A stretch of DNA of 64,000 bases from Selaginella moellendorffii (GCF_000143415.4 NW_003314357.1:62001-126000), one strand, 5' to 3'; counted from the stretch's first letter, positions 48,601-61,371 are shown. The notes: generated by a model not told the origin, from the sequence alone. Numbers and translations are program-made.

Positions 48601-50953
48601 ATGAGCGGCATTGTGGCGGATCCAGTGCGCAATGCGGCAGCCGCGATGAGCAGCAGGATGGCGCCGGATCGTGGCAGCACCGGCAGCATCGGGCGTAATC
48701 TGTGAGCTCGCGATCGCGATCGCGATCAATTCGAGAGAACTCACTCTTGTTGCTCACAGGTCGGGGCTAGGGAGGCGCAGTGTGGCCAAGCTGAGGCCCG
48801 CCAAGGCTCTGATCATCCGCGACAGCTCCTCGGTCGCGGATGCGTGCCGGCGCATGGCGGCCGCTCGGATTGACGCTGTCTTGCTCACGGATTCCGACTC
48901 TGTGCTATGTGGGATTTTCACAGACAAGGTACTCACTCCTTCGTTCGCCCATGCGATGCTAGATAGGACATGACGAGCTAAAGTTTAAAGGAAGGTGGTC
49001 TTGTCTAGAGCTTGAGAAAGAGGCTTTGCTTGCGGTGCTATGTGCAGGATGTGGTGGCTAGAGTGATTGCCAAGGGTCTTAAGCCCGAAGAAACCTGTGT
49101 GTCCTCAGTTATGACCAGGAACCCAGTCTATATTGCCAGTGATGCGCTGGCCGATCATGCCCTCCGGAAGATGATTCGAGGTTTAGCCAAGTTTCTTCCT
49201 TTTTCACCACCTCAAATAAACGCGAGGGAGAAGAAACTTACATTGCACTAGCTATAGCTAGCTTTTGGCTTTGAGCTTTATCGTCTTTATGCTGACTTTT
49301 TTCTGTCATCAGGGAAATTTAGGCACCTGCCTGTTGTTGACAATGGACAAGTTATCTCTCTCGTGAACATGAAGAAATGTTTGTACGATGCAATTGTTAC
49401 GCTGGAGTGGCATATGGCAGCGTCATTTGCTGCTATGCACCCGGAAAAGGGTACGTGCTTCTTCTTTTTTTTTTTTCGTTTTCGATGCTGCTGCTATAAC
49501 TGGCCTTAAAATGCAGTCTCCGCAGCGTCCATTGAAGCTCTCCGGGATCAAACATTTCAACCGACGTTAGGATCTTTGATAATGCAATCTTTCAAGTAAG
49601 TGAAGGTTGCTTACAGCTCTCACATTGAACCTTAACTGCAGTGCAGTCACAATCTGTCCGAATGAAACGGTGGATACGGCCACAAAGAAGATGCTAGAGT
49701 TCAGCAGCGACTATGTTATTGTAGCTTCTGGCAGGAATCCAGTGGGCATTTTCACGTAAGCCATTAATCTATTATCTTCCAACAAAGCTGAGAAACTTGC
49801 AGGTCGAAGGACCTGCTAATGCGAGTTGTTGCTAAAGGCCTTTGCCCAACCTCCACAACCATTGAAAAGGTTTTGCTTGAATCTGTGTCCTCTTGAAACT
49901 AAACAACCGTGTGTGGTCAGGTGATGACACGGAATGTGGAGTGTGCCTCGTTAGACACGGCAGTCGTGGATGCCCTGCATATCATGCACGACGGCCGCTT
50001 TTGCCACTTACCCATTCTGGACCAAGGTAAGCATACGGGGCCGGCTTGTGTGATTTCGAATACCACTCGCACTTTTTGCAGACAGGAACGTGGTTGGATG
50101 CGTGAACGTCATGGCTCTCGTGGAATGCGGCCTTGCCAGTGTAAGCCAGAAGCTTCCAAGGGGCAGAGTTGATTATTGTGTAACGCTCCAGGTTGAGGAA
50201 GAAATTGTGAAACTGGATGCATCAAACTCCGTTACCACAGCATGCAGGTAACAAAAACCTCGATCTTCTCTGTATATAATCGTTATATGGTTGCAGCGAC
50301 GTCTCTGCAAACTTGACATCCGAGTTGATTGCCGTGAAAACTGTCTACCCGTCCCTGTGGCTAGCAAATTTCTTCTCCTTCAAGGTAGAAGACCCGAAAG
50401 GCTGTGTCCATCGCTTCACTTGCGGTACCTTGGTCTATCCGCGTCATCATCGTCACTCTCATATCTTGTGTCACGCAGGGACGCAAAGCCTTGAAGAGGT
50501 CCTTGCAACAGTTTCGGTCCGGATTGGCTGCGAGGACGAGAACCTCCAACTCTTGGTAAATCCGGTGATAGCGTCGAGTCCATTGATTTGATATATCCAG
50601 GTTGACATGGGCAGTACAAAGACGATGAAGGCGACTTGATACTTTTGTCCAGCGACAACGACTTGGCGCTGGCCGTGGCCTCCGCAAAAGCTTACGGAAT
50701 GAAGGTACAGTATAGCTCGAGTTTTCAAAGCTAAACTTCTTTCTCGCAGGTATTGAGGCTTTACGTCGACTGCCCACACACGGCGGGCAAGCTGTGCAGA
50801 TGGAAATCGCTTCGCAGGACGGTGATTGCATCCATTCTGGTGATCGTTGGCCTTGGCTTCCTCATCCATGCAAGACAAACTGGCAACGAGCCATGGAAGC
50901 TCGCCTGGAACCGGGTTGTCAGCTTTAGGCAGCAGCAAGAAGAAGATCTGTGA
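48601..50953 (+). CDS. CBS-CBS-PB1 domain protein (CBSCBSPB family) with C-terminal TM helix
   Basis: VAKLRPAKAL, DACRRMAAARIDAVLLTD..GIFTDKD, VMTRNP, GKFRHLPVV, DALHIMHDGRFCHLP, FSFKVEDPKGCVHRF, YKDDEGDLILLSSDNDL, hydrophobic C-terminus. Many short introns; start codon approximate. Confidence 0.9.
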
Positions 50954-51149
50954 CATCACTTGATGCTATAACAACCGTATCTCCTTCTTTGACGATGTCA
51001 CTACCTGGTTTAAATCCCAAAAGCTTCGTTGACAGAACAGTAGCTCAAGCTGACCTCTGGCTTCTCCAGCGTGAACGATCAGAATACCATAGCAAAGTCG
51101 GGCACTTGTTGTGATTCAAAGCTCACCTCTATGGCGGCACAAAGCGAAC

Positions 51150-52295
51150 ATCAGTACTCCTGTTGCTTTCCAACTCGTTGCTCTCGAAAGTGACGAAGTA
51201 GCGCCAGTGCCTAGACACATTTCCGTATCAAAAAATCCCTCTGTGAGCGTAGAAAGAAAGTTGAAGTACCTTATCTTTGCCTCGTGGTGTGCCCGCGAGA
51301 GATAACGCATGCAACGGTGGCACCGCGCCTTCCTGCAACACCATTGCTCGGTGCTTGCTACTGTTGATGCAGAGATGGAGCAGAGCAGCCGCGGCATTCT
51401 CTTGTCCTCGCGGGGAGCCCGTCTCCACCACCTGGACCAGCGCGATGATGCCTCCTTCCTCGGCGATGGACACTCTCCCTTCTGGCACAGTTGACAGATT
51501 CGCCAGTATGGCAACCGCTTTGTCCACCATGCCCCACCAGCGGCCTGATAGCTCCAGCTCTGACCATCCTCGGCTTGTTGTCGTGAGAGGTTGAGAGGTT
51601 GAAGAGCCCCGTTGCTGCGTCCTTCTTGCCACCGGGGCTGCCGCTTGCCAGCAGTTCCACCAGAGGAGATATCGCACCCGCGGCACCGATCACTTCCTTG
51701 TTGTTGTCCACCACGGAAAGGTTGAAGAGCGTAGCGGCAGCGTTCTCCACTGCTGCGCTGCTTCCCGCTTTCAACACCCTCACCAGTGGATCGATGGCAC
51801 CCGCCCGGGAGGTCTCCGCCTTGTTGTTGTCGTTGATGGAGAGGTTCAAGAGAAGCTGTCACGGCGATTTCCTGGGTATGCTCGTCACCATCGTCTAATA
51901 ACGCGATCAGCGGCCTCACGGCACCGGCCTCGACAACCAATATCCTGCTCTGCATGTCGTCTTTAGCCAGCAGGGAGCTCCAGCAAACGGAGAGCTCAAA
52001 TCAATCACCAAGTTTGTAATGAGTTGCTCGAAAGCCTGCGACATCTCACCACTTCTTGTCACCCTGTCCTGAAAGCTGTTATGTCGTCTGTCAAGCTCCC
52101 GTAAGGAATGAAAGCGAGAAGCTCGCCCCAGGGACTTGGTTTGCCTGTAGTAGCGGCCACTGGCCGCGTTCCTTACACAGCCCACATTTTTCTCAAGAGC
52201 AGCAGCCTCAGGAGTAGTTGGAGCAACGTTGTTTGCTTGACACCAGCTTGTGATGAGTGCCTTGACCGTATAGTTTGGTATCAAGTTGTCATGTT
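51150..52295 (-). pseudogene. Truncated, frameshifted plant U-box/ARM E3 ligase (PUB)
   Basis: U-box end NLIPNYTVKALITSWC, ARM repeats NLSINDNNK, ENAAATLFNLS, GKKDAATGLFNLS, MVDKAVAILANL, GQENAAAALL split over three frames; 5' part missing. Confidence 0.85.
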
Positions 52296-53139
52296 GCAAA
52301 CGGTTTACCAGGAAAAAACCCAACTTCCGTGGTTTCATGGCAGATGTTACTGGTGCAAATTGGTTGGCTGTTCAACAAGTGTTTAGAGGTGATAAAAGTT
52401 AGCCATTACAAAGTAGAGAGAAGAGTTGTGAATTTCATTGGGCAAAAAATGTTAACGAACATTACTGATGCATTAAATTTAACTTCCATCACGAGTTTAA
52501 GCAGTTTTGTCAAGAATGGATGGATGCATCAACTAAAGAGCAGCGCAAGGAAAAAGCAAAAAAGATGCATATATAATGGCATAAAGGAGATAAAGTGCCA
52601 ATTGAATGCCTTCCACAAATGAAATGTTAGTTTGCATGGTGGGAAGTTTGAATGTTTTAGTGGGGTCATTATACTCTCCATGTAAACTTTCTCTCATTTT
52701 TTTTTCTTGTTACATTCAAATGTTGCATTTTTCCTAAGATCAACCACTCGATGACATAACACTTACACCAATAATTAATCTTTCTGAAAGCAAACATTAG
52801 AGTTGGAAAGCTTCTGAAGCAGGGAAAGAAAAATTGTTCTTCTATGAAGCTACATTCTTCGACCTCACTAGATCTCTTGATCAGTCATCGAAAGCTTTGG
52901 CTGCACAGAAAGCAAATTTTGCTGGTACAAGTCCGAACTTAGACAAACTTTGAGAGTGGGTTGGTAGAAAGACAACACTAGCAGTAGGGTCAATGTCTAA
53001 GATGGTGGAGGAAATTGTTGTTGGAACTTCTATAAAATCAAGTTATGAACCACTCGAGGACATAAGGACAGCCCATATGAAGCATCGACAGACATTTGAT
53101 GGGCCAAACATCACTCCTTCTAACTCTCACCATCCAAAG

Positions 53140-53300
53140 CGTAGCACATGTGATTATGGGATGAGATTTAGATATATTGTCACTGTGGATCCTTAGAACA
53201 TTGGGGATAAATGGGGATAAAATAGCCACTAAAGGCTCTCTCATCAAGCAATTGCCCCTTTTCCAATTGGCTTAAGGGGAGAGAAATAAAGTGTGTTATA
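53140..53300 (-). mobile_element. Short fragment of the same Gypsy family as 21312-28886
   Basis: ttggggataaatggggataaaatagccact...gcaattgcccc matches 25235-25390. Confidence 0.8.
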
Positions 53301-53599
53301 CAGAATTTAACTACCATTTTGTTTCTCGACATTAGAAAAGAACTAAGGAACATGGAGTAAAGGAGGTGCCAGTTGTTACACAAGTGAGTCTAGTGCCAGA
53401 GGTTGAGAACGATATTGCTCGTGAGCCAATTTCTCATATCAATTGGGCAATTTGAAAAGTCAGGGCCAAGATCAATGCACGTTGCTCCAGAATGATTGGG
53501 AGTAAAGGTTAGTGTCTCACATTTGTGCGCTCAAGTTCAAGTTCTTCAGCAGTGCCATGTTTCTAGGGCTGTCGAGATCTAAGGGTGAAGAGCCACCAA

Positions 53600-54700
53600 C
53601 CAAGCTAGATTTACTGTTATAGAACTAATGTTACTCATATAAGCCGGATTCACAACTCAATTATTTTGAAGCTAGATTTTGTGCCAGAGGAGTGGCCAGT
53701 TGAGTGAAGTTGCAATCTTTTGAAAGAAGAGATTGAAAGTCTAGAGAGAGTAAGTTTCCCATTAAAGACTTCCTCAAATGTTGCTATTGATATTGATATG
53801 CCACCAGTCAAGCTAGATTTACTGTTATAGGACTAATGTTACTCATACAAGCCGGATTCACAACTCAATTATTTTGAAGCTAGATTTTGTGCCAGAGGAG
53901 TGGCCAGTTGAGTGAAGTTGCAATCTTTTGAAAGAAGAGATTGAAAGTCTAGAGAGAGTAAGTTTCCCATTAAAGACTTCCTCAAATGTTGCTATTGATA
54001 TTGATATGCCACCAATGTCAACACTAGACCGGCATACACGACCAAATAGGAATGGGAAGGCTGAAAATATATAGGTTTTCCATTTCATGCGCAAGAGAAG
54101 ATTAAGTTGGCAAAGGCATTGAAATGCACAATCACAAGGATAAACTACATCAGTGCCGTGGCTAAGGAGTTTGTTGTTGTGACTGAATTGTCAAAGGGTA
54201 CAAGCTACACTGTCAGAATCTACAAAAATCCATCTTGTACCTATCCAGATTTTACATAGAGGGAGAATAGGGGAAAGGTATATTTAGCCTGCAAGCACAT
54301 TTATTACATTTTTATGCAGGAACTTATGTAGGAACCAAACAAGCCTATAGCACATATAATTTTTACCATTTATCTTATAGTAATTTACTATAAGATAACT
54401 ATAAAGCAGAACCTAAACACTCTATGTGCTAGGGCTAAAGTCAAGTTGAATTTACTATTGTGGGAATCAAGCAAGATCCACAGCTTAATTATTTTAAAGC
54501 CAAATTCTGTGCTAGAGGAGTGGCTAGTTGAGTGAAGTTGCAATCTTTTGAAAGAAGAGATTGAAAGTTTGAACAAAGCAAGTTTCAAGCTAAAAACTTC
54601 ATTAAATGTTGCTGTTAATACTACTATGCCACCAATATCAACACTAAACTTGCATACACAACCAGATAGGAATGGGAAGGATGTATAATATGAAGTTAAT
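53600..54700. repeat. ~210-220 bp unit in two near-identical tandem copies plus a diverged third; SWIM zinc-finger remnant between
   Basis: caagctagatttactgttata... at ~53601 and ~53809, diverged copy ~54440-54680; YTVRIYKNPSCTYPDF...LACKHIYYIF at ~54205-54312 (MuDR/SWIM-like). Confidence 0.75.
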
Positions 54701-54706
54701 ATAATG

Positions 54707-56705
54707 TTAAATACAAGTAAGCAATTCAAATGGACTCTCACTAGAAAAGCTACCAAGTATAAGATTTTGTGGAGTCCATCCTTCAACTTGTGCATTCCAT
54801 GCAGTGGTAGTTTTTTCATCCAACCAATATATATGAATCACCTCCTCCATTTTAAGCCCCCAGTCTTGGATGTTATGGCATACTTTCTCCATCATGTTAC
54901 CAAGAGTGTTCTGATCATTCCAACTGTACTTGCTCTCAATCAAGATAAAACAATCCTGTGGTGCCTTGCTTCTGCATATCTTTTGTACCCTTATGATAGC
55001 GTCCACATACATATTCTTCTTGAGAGAGAATATAAAAGCTTTAGGATCCCCAGCCATAAGCTCTAACGACTCTGCTCTTGATGTTGGTAGCACCTCTGGC
55101 TGACAGATTGTCCAATCTAGTTCCTCTGCATGTAACAGAGTTAAAGCTAAAGATCAAATACCCACAAAACTTACCAGGTGGCAAAGGCAATTGAAGATTT
55201 AAACCATCCAGGTAGTCACTTAAGCTTGAGTGGGAAGGTATGATGTCCCTGAGCTTGAATTCTTGACCTGCAAAAGGAAAAGAGGAGAGTGTCTGAACAT
55301 GCAAGAGCATCAAGCTTACCGCCATCCAAGTGTGTTTTCAGCCAAAGCATGAATGTGAACCCAAGGACGTCTGAGTCCTCCTTTACAGCCCAGGAATCGT
55401 TTGTCAAATCGGGCCATAATCCTTTTGGGATGGAGTCGGCCAGTGCCAAAGAGTAAGCTGCAATGGGAGAGTACCTGACACGCGCATTTGGAGCGAGACC
55501 CGAAAACACCTTGCATGCTTTCCGTGGGGGACGTGTGGGAGGCCCTCGCTCTATCTCTACCAAACCCACAATACCTTGACCTTCTAAATCACCCCAAGTA
55601 TCTTCAAAGCGCCCGTCCCATACCTTGTCTGCACGTCTGACGATAGTTCCAAGTTGGGAAATGTAGATGGCCTTCAGCATCAGACTAGCTTTAGCACCTG
55701 GAATGACTCTCTGCATGCGTTCTGGACTGCCTTGAAGGTCAATCTCTGAGTTGACAAACAGATTTGATGCGTTCTCAACCAACGCCCTGGCTCTTGTCAC
55801 AACTAATCCCTTCTGCAGCTCCATATTGAACTTCTCCAGTGGGATCGCGCCAAAACTTCGTGACACCAGCCCCTTCAAAAGGAATGAGACAATCCTCGGA
55901 TTGCCTCCAGCAAAGCGGAGGACCTTCTTCCACTCGTTGCTCAGTTCGATGCGTGCCCCTTGGCGAACTGAGCTCGCCACCCGGTCGAAGAATTCCTGAA
56001 CGATGTCATAGACGTCGTCATTAGTCAAGGGCGGGAGCGGAATGTAAAGCGTTTGCGCCCTCCTGGCGAGCGATGCTGCAGAATACCGTGTGGTCGCTGC
56101 CGTAAACAGCACAAGCGTGTCCGAGGCACGCTTGGATGCGAACCAGGAGACGTATGCAGAAAACATGTCCTGTAACCACGTCGCCTCCCCAACCTTCGAA
56201 GCCCTGTTTGCCTCGTCAAAGTACCATGAAAGAAAAATCCTTTGGCCTGTAGGAAAGCCCAAACCCTGCCTGATGAAAGCTATAACATCGTCGAGTCTCA
56301 ACTGATGCTTCAGACCTGGAGCTCCCTCGTCTAGTTTCTGGAGATGCATCATATTCTGGTGTATCCACCCGACTAACAGCCGCATGAAGGCACCGTAAAG
56401 CCATAATCTGCTCGTAGTGAAGACCATCCTCACGCTGCATAAAGTAGCACACCTCTCGTGGGACGAATGACATGAGAAGATCCAGCCCGAAATTTCGGTT
56501 TGCTGAGACCATCTTCTTTTCTTGGTTCAAGAGTCCTCCATACCCTTGGTTGCTCCTCGTGCTTCACGGAGATGGTAGCCGAGAACACCCGCAGAACCTC
56601 ATATACGTCCACTCTACCATCAGAAAGGTGAAATTCATGACCCTCTGCCCCATCTATGTCTTCAATGAACTCTACAAGCTCTTCCATTTCTTCATCATCC
56701 GCCAT
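54707..56705 (-). pseudogene. Second CR-like gene: same header fused to a different, N-terminally truncated NTPase + PD-(D/E)xK nuclease
   Basis: Header 56705-56452 almost identical to 8059-8317. Body has ALRCLHA, Walker B-like WYFDEAN, LFTAATT, IPLPPLT, GGNPR and C-terminal VDAIIRV...ILIESK. No Walker A seen; frame breaks near 56350 and 55090. Confidence 0.68.
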
Positions 56706-57440
56706 ACGCCGCCGCTAGATCTGCACCGTTGATCTGTATGGCTTGAGTTTAGGGCACCACTCTCAGCAAATTGGTATTGTAGAAGAGTTATTTCTTTAAC
56801 CACGTCTTAGCGAATAAACCACATTTTAGCAAATAATCGTGCTGATGTTTACTCTCAGCCAATGGGTGGTGGCCAATTGCCTGGGGTGAGAGAAGAAGGT
56901 GCTGCCACACTGTTGACTGTGATTATGTTGTGGAGTGAGGAATGCATGTGCTCAATGATGTGGCAAAAAAGTAATCAAAGCATTTGAGTTTAATCCTTGC
57001 TCCATGCATTTGTAACACTGAAGAATAGACCTCACAAAGTTAATATTCTTTACTTTTAGACTTTGTCTGGCTTTGAGTAATATTAATGTTCTTAAATCTT
57101 GTTCTCTATATTAATAAAAACTATTCTTAATAATACTTCTTTGATTTTGTTTGAGTCTGGGTAATAATATATTAGTGTTCTTAAGATCTTAGTATTCTAA
57201 ATTTTCTTATGCATTAACATCTAATTATTAAATATATTTTTAGCACTTGTTCTTTTACTATTTTATTATCTAATATATTAGTGTGCTTGAATTCTTAATG
57301 TTAGAAATTTGATAATATTCTTGGCTTATACTTTGCATCTAATATCTTTAAAAAATATCTAGTCTTAGCAATTCATTTTGTATTTTTTTCTCTTAAAATC
57401 TAAGTGTTCTAAATATATTCATATTCCTAAAAGTTCTATG

Positions 57441-57445
<5 letters not shown>

Positions 57446-57517
<72 letters not shown>
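57446..57517. repeat. (TA)n microsatellite
   Basis: ~35 consecutive TA units followed by TTTA repeats. Confidence 0.98.
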
Positions 57518-57521
<4 letters not shown>

Positions 57522-57699
57522 TTATTTATTTTCTTATTTATTTATTTATTTAAAGAGAAAAAAATTGAATGACAATATTGATTTGTACTTGTCCAGGATT
57601 TGTCTAGCATTAATATTTTATATATATTCAGAAGTTTTACATTTGCTGGACAATACTAGTGATATCATGATTTTGTCTTTTCTCACTTCGTTTCCCCTT

Positions 57700-59095
57700 G
57701 ATGAGGATTAGATTTATGCAAAGCTGTGCCTCAAGCTCCAAGTCAGTGTTCAATGTGAGCTTCTAGACCGTCTTCTTACATCAACAATCTTGCAGAATGA
57801 TCTGTTTGAGCAGGTTTTGAATGAGCATTTTAAGCAGATTGAGACTAGTTGACGCAAGTTAGGCAATTTTCCAGCCTGTCAATCTGCACGTTTGGTGGTT
57901 TGAGCGTCCACTCCTTCTTCATGTATTTTACTGTCTAAATTCCTCACAGAATCAGACAAAAGAGGAATTGAGAGGCAAACACGAGACACAAACGTGAATG
58001 CATCACATCAGCATTCTTTGTAATAAGCAATGGCTTCTAGCTTACATGTTTGTGCTTCTCTCTCCGGTTTTTTTCTTGTCTTTCTCGTACTAAATTATCT
58101 TCCAATTTATTCTTTCCAGGCACTATCGAGCTTAAACGGCTCGAAGACTATGATGGCATCTTGGTGCTGTGCTTCCAGATGCACTGATCTTTGATCTTTC
58201 AGTCGTATGTTCTTTCATGTTTAGCTGGAAACCTTGTTCTTACTTTTTCACTTATGCAGGACTTGTCATCACCAAAAGATTCAAACATTCAAGTGTGATG
58301 GTTGCCAGCTCAGTTGCAATTTCCAAAACGAGGAGCAAGACGAGACCATATAAACAAGAGCAGGAACTAAAGGTAGGGTTATGTTTTCTTATTTTCCTAC
58401 ACCTCTCTCTCTTCTTCTCCTTCCTTGCTCAGCTATGGCCGATTCCATCTCTCTTCTCCATCCTTTCACTATGTATCAGGATTTCTCTCAACAAGGCAAC
58501 ATGATTGGCCATGTCAGCCGTTTGGAGATGGTTTCTATCTATTGGAGCACTCTTCTCTGTTCTTGGTGTGGTGGAAAGTGGCACATCAGGGGTTTCTCAT
58601 GCACGACCATTACAGGCAGAGCAACAGGGAAAGGTTCCTTAACAATGTCCTAAAATGAAAGCAAACGCGACCCTGCAAAAAGGAATGCGCTTTGAAACCG
58701 GTTTACCCTAAACCCTAAACTGATAATCTATATACAAGGTTCTGACGTGTAACTTGGAGGCCTTTGGCAAGACTATCTTTGGCAAGATGAGCAATGCGGC
58801 ATGTCCAATATGCTGATGCCACAACTCGAGCTGGTCCAGGGCAATAGAGAGCAAGTTCACACTTTCTTTGGAACAAGGTACACGTCATGGATAGTGGTAC
58901 TGAAACCGCTCAATTCAAAACGCTCCAAGAAGTCAATCCACCAGCTACCATTGCAGTAGGGATGGCAGGCAGCTACAAATCACTGGTTGAGGTACCATAC
59001 TGAGAAGCAATGTAAAGAGAATGTACAGTAACAAAATTAGTTGCATCGGTTGATGAATTAGCGTTCGTCATTGGACACTTGGGCTCCCTGTGAGC
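57700..59095. repeat. Rearranged duplicate of 6030-7750 (upstream block of the CR genes)
   Basis: 57700-58290 is largely the reverse complement of 7170-7750; 58294-58745 is a direct match to 6667-7150; 58790-59095 matches pieces of 6030-6640. Confidence 0.85.
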
Positions 59096-59179
59096 AGTGC
59101 GGGCATGGGTCGAACTTCTTGGTCGAGCTAGAAGGACTCCCATTAGATCGTGATGTTTTCTTCTTGCCTGTCTTTCAGG

Positions 59180-59445
59180 TGGTGTTGTAGGAAGAAGTCT
59201 TGGATCTTCTCCCTCGTCTTACGGTGCAAGGCAGTGTTATCACTTCTCGCCAAGTGCTGTTGATTGAAGCAACTGGTCATCAGCCTCAGACATCGGCATG
59301 GAGTAAAGCTTCCTGTGAAGCTGTGTGCGATTAGCTGGTTTCTGCTGCTCGTGGATTGCTGTGAGGGTGGCCCATGCCCTCCTAGAAGCCCAGGGCTTTA
59401 TCATTGAGCGCAGCCCATTTGTCCTGCTCGGCTTGTTCAAGGTCT
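59180..59445 (-). mobile_element. Copia gag (UBN2-type) fragment
   Basis: KWAALNDKAL...AWATLTAIHEQQKPANRTQLHRKLYSMPMSE. Confidence 0.6.
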
Positions 59446-60899
59446 AGGAGGTAATATTTGATTTCTCTTTTCCAGATTGATAAAAAGCGGTATGGGGGAA
59501 CAATTCGAAGAAGGGGAGGGGGAGGAGGAGGATTAAGAGGAGGAGGCTGTGGCATCTCCTATAGGAGGTGCTCTTATCCACTTGGTTCTCATGAACTGAG
59601 TGCTCCACATAGTACGCTGCTGCTCATGCCTATGCATTCTACACTGCCTTTGTCTCCTCATCATCTTGGATGTCAAACACCCTCTAATGCCATGTTGTCT
59701 AGTGTAAGAGAGATTGATTCAATAAAAATTGGATGAACAGCATGAAACCCAAACATGTCTCCTTGTTCGAATAATGATTGTTAAAAGTTATTGGGGAAGC
59801 CATTTTGGCTTGTTAGTTTTGATGTTGAAGTTAGTATTTACATCTAGCAATTATTAGTAATGATTCACTATCATCTACGGTAGTTGATTATCCTTATCAG
59901 AAATTCTCTGCACATTTGGCAATGAGGTCTTTTTTATTATTGGTAAAAATGATTTGCCATTCTTCAAGATGGTAGATTCTGCAATTTTTGATAATTCAAT
60001 TTTATCATTGAGTTTCCTTGAATATTCTTGCTATTGAATTTTGTTGGATAGTGATTCTTATGTTTCCAACTATAGTGATCTTGGTGGTTCCTATACTATA
60101 ATACTAGTTTATCGGATGATAACTTACTTGGAATACTTTTTGTTCTAATATAAGATTTATTCACTAATAATTAAGTCTTTGAGATATCATTGTCTATGAC
60201 TTTGATATTGTTCATCTATCGATATTTGAATTTAGGCCGGTATAAGCAAACTAGTTTTAGCACTTCATGTGCATGATGAAATCTCTAGTCATGGAGTAGC
60301 TACTGTCGACTGGTCACATTCTCTGTTGATGTTCCTTATTCTGTTAAAAGGGCGTGACCATGTAAACAACTCTAACTACCTGTTTACAATAGTCTATCTA
60401 AACCTTACTGGGTTTGGTTTCTTTGCTCAAGAGGGTTGGGGCCTCTGGTTTTTCTCTCTATGTCCTTGCGGGCAGGGGCATATCACACTTTTGTAAGCTG
60501 GGTGACACCCAGAGCAGCAAGGGTGGCTAACTCTGTTGGTCATTTTCTTGTCGGTGACGGCCAGAAGGTGTCTAAGTTGGTAGCACATTCGTGTTAGACA
60601 AAGAGGTTGCCTTCTAACTCATTTAAGTCAGTGCATTTCTCATATAGTGTGATCACCGTGAACTTTTTCTGGAGTTGTTTCCTTGGCAGTGGTCTAGACT
60701 CGAGTATGCATCGACGAGGACGTCGATCTTCCCTAGGGGGGGAGAGTGTCGCAAATGTGACTTTGGGTATCAAAAGTTACTTGTCGGTTAATCTTTTCGA
60801 ATATTCTTTTCTTATTGCCACAACGGTAGGAGATCAGTATTGCTAGACCTGTTATCAGTATCCGACTAAGATAGTTGAGAAACTGATCTTTGTATGTGC

Positions 60900-61371
60900 A
60901 CTTAGCTCCCGCTTGCGTGCCTGTCCTTGTTTTGAGTCCAGCTTAAGTCTAAGCCCAAGTTCCATTCCATGCTAGCTGGTGGAGTACCTATGTCCTTGCG
61001 TTAGGCCACCAATATGTTGTAATAGTGCTAGACTCCATTTGGCTCTGTTTTATGTGCTGGTCTTGGCAATGGGATGTTGGTTGCTCTAAAACTATTCCAA
61101 GTCGCTTCAGGCTCTTGTCCCTTCGCTCCTTGGGCTGTATGCTCGAGAGTTGATCTATGGTCCAGTTCTGTCATTCCTTGGCTTTATGTTAGGGAGTTTG
61201 GTACCATTCCTTCGTTCAGTGGCCCAAGGCTCTGAACCTCAGGTTCCACACTACTGTCCTATGGACATGTGGCATATGACACATGGCACATGGAGGGCTT
61301 AGGTTTTGCTTTGTAGTGTTATCCTATGGTAAATCACCATAGGGTAAAGGGTAAAAACCACGTGCACTACA
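60900..61371. repeat. Interspersed repeat related to 28890-29670, ending in ...actaca (possible LTR end)
   Basis: Shared ggtggagtacc, ggcccaagg and atcctatggtaaatca...ggtaaaaac segments. Confidence 0.7.

Noticed and set aside
43305-50953. Possible functional cluster (AGPase, Kir-like channel, ERH, CBS-PB1)
   Set aside because: No shared pathway can be shown from sequence; adjacency is explained by a compact genome.
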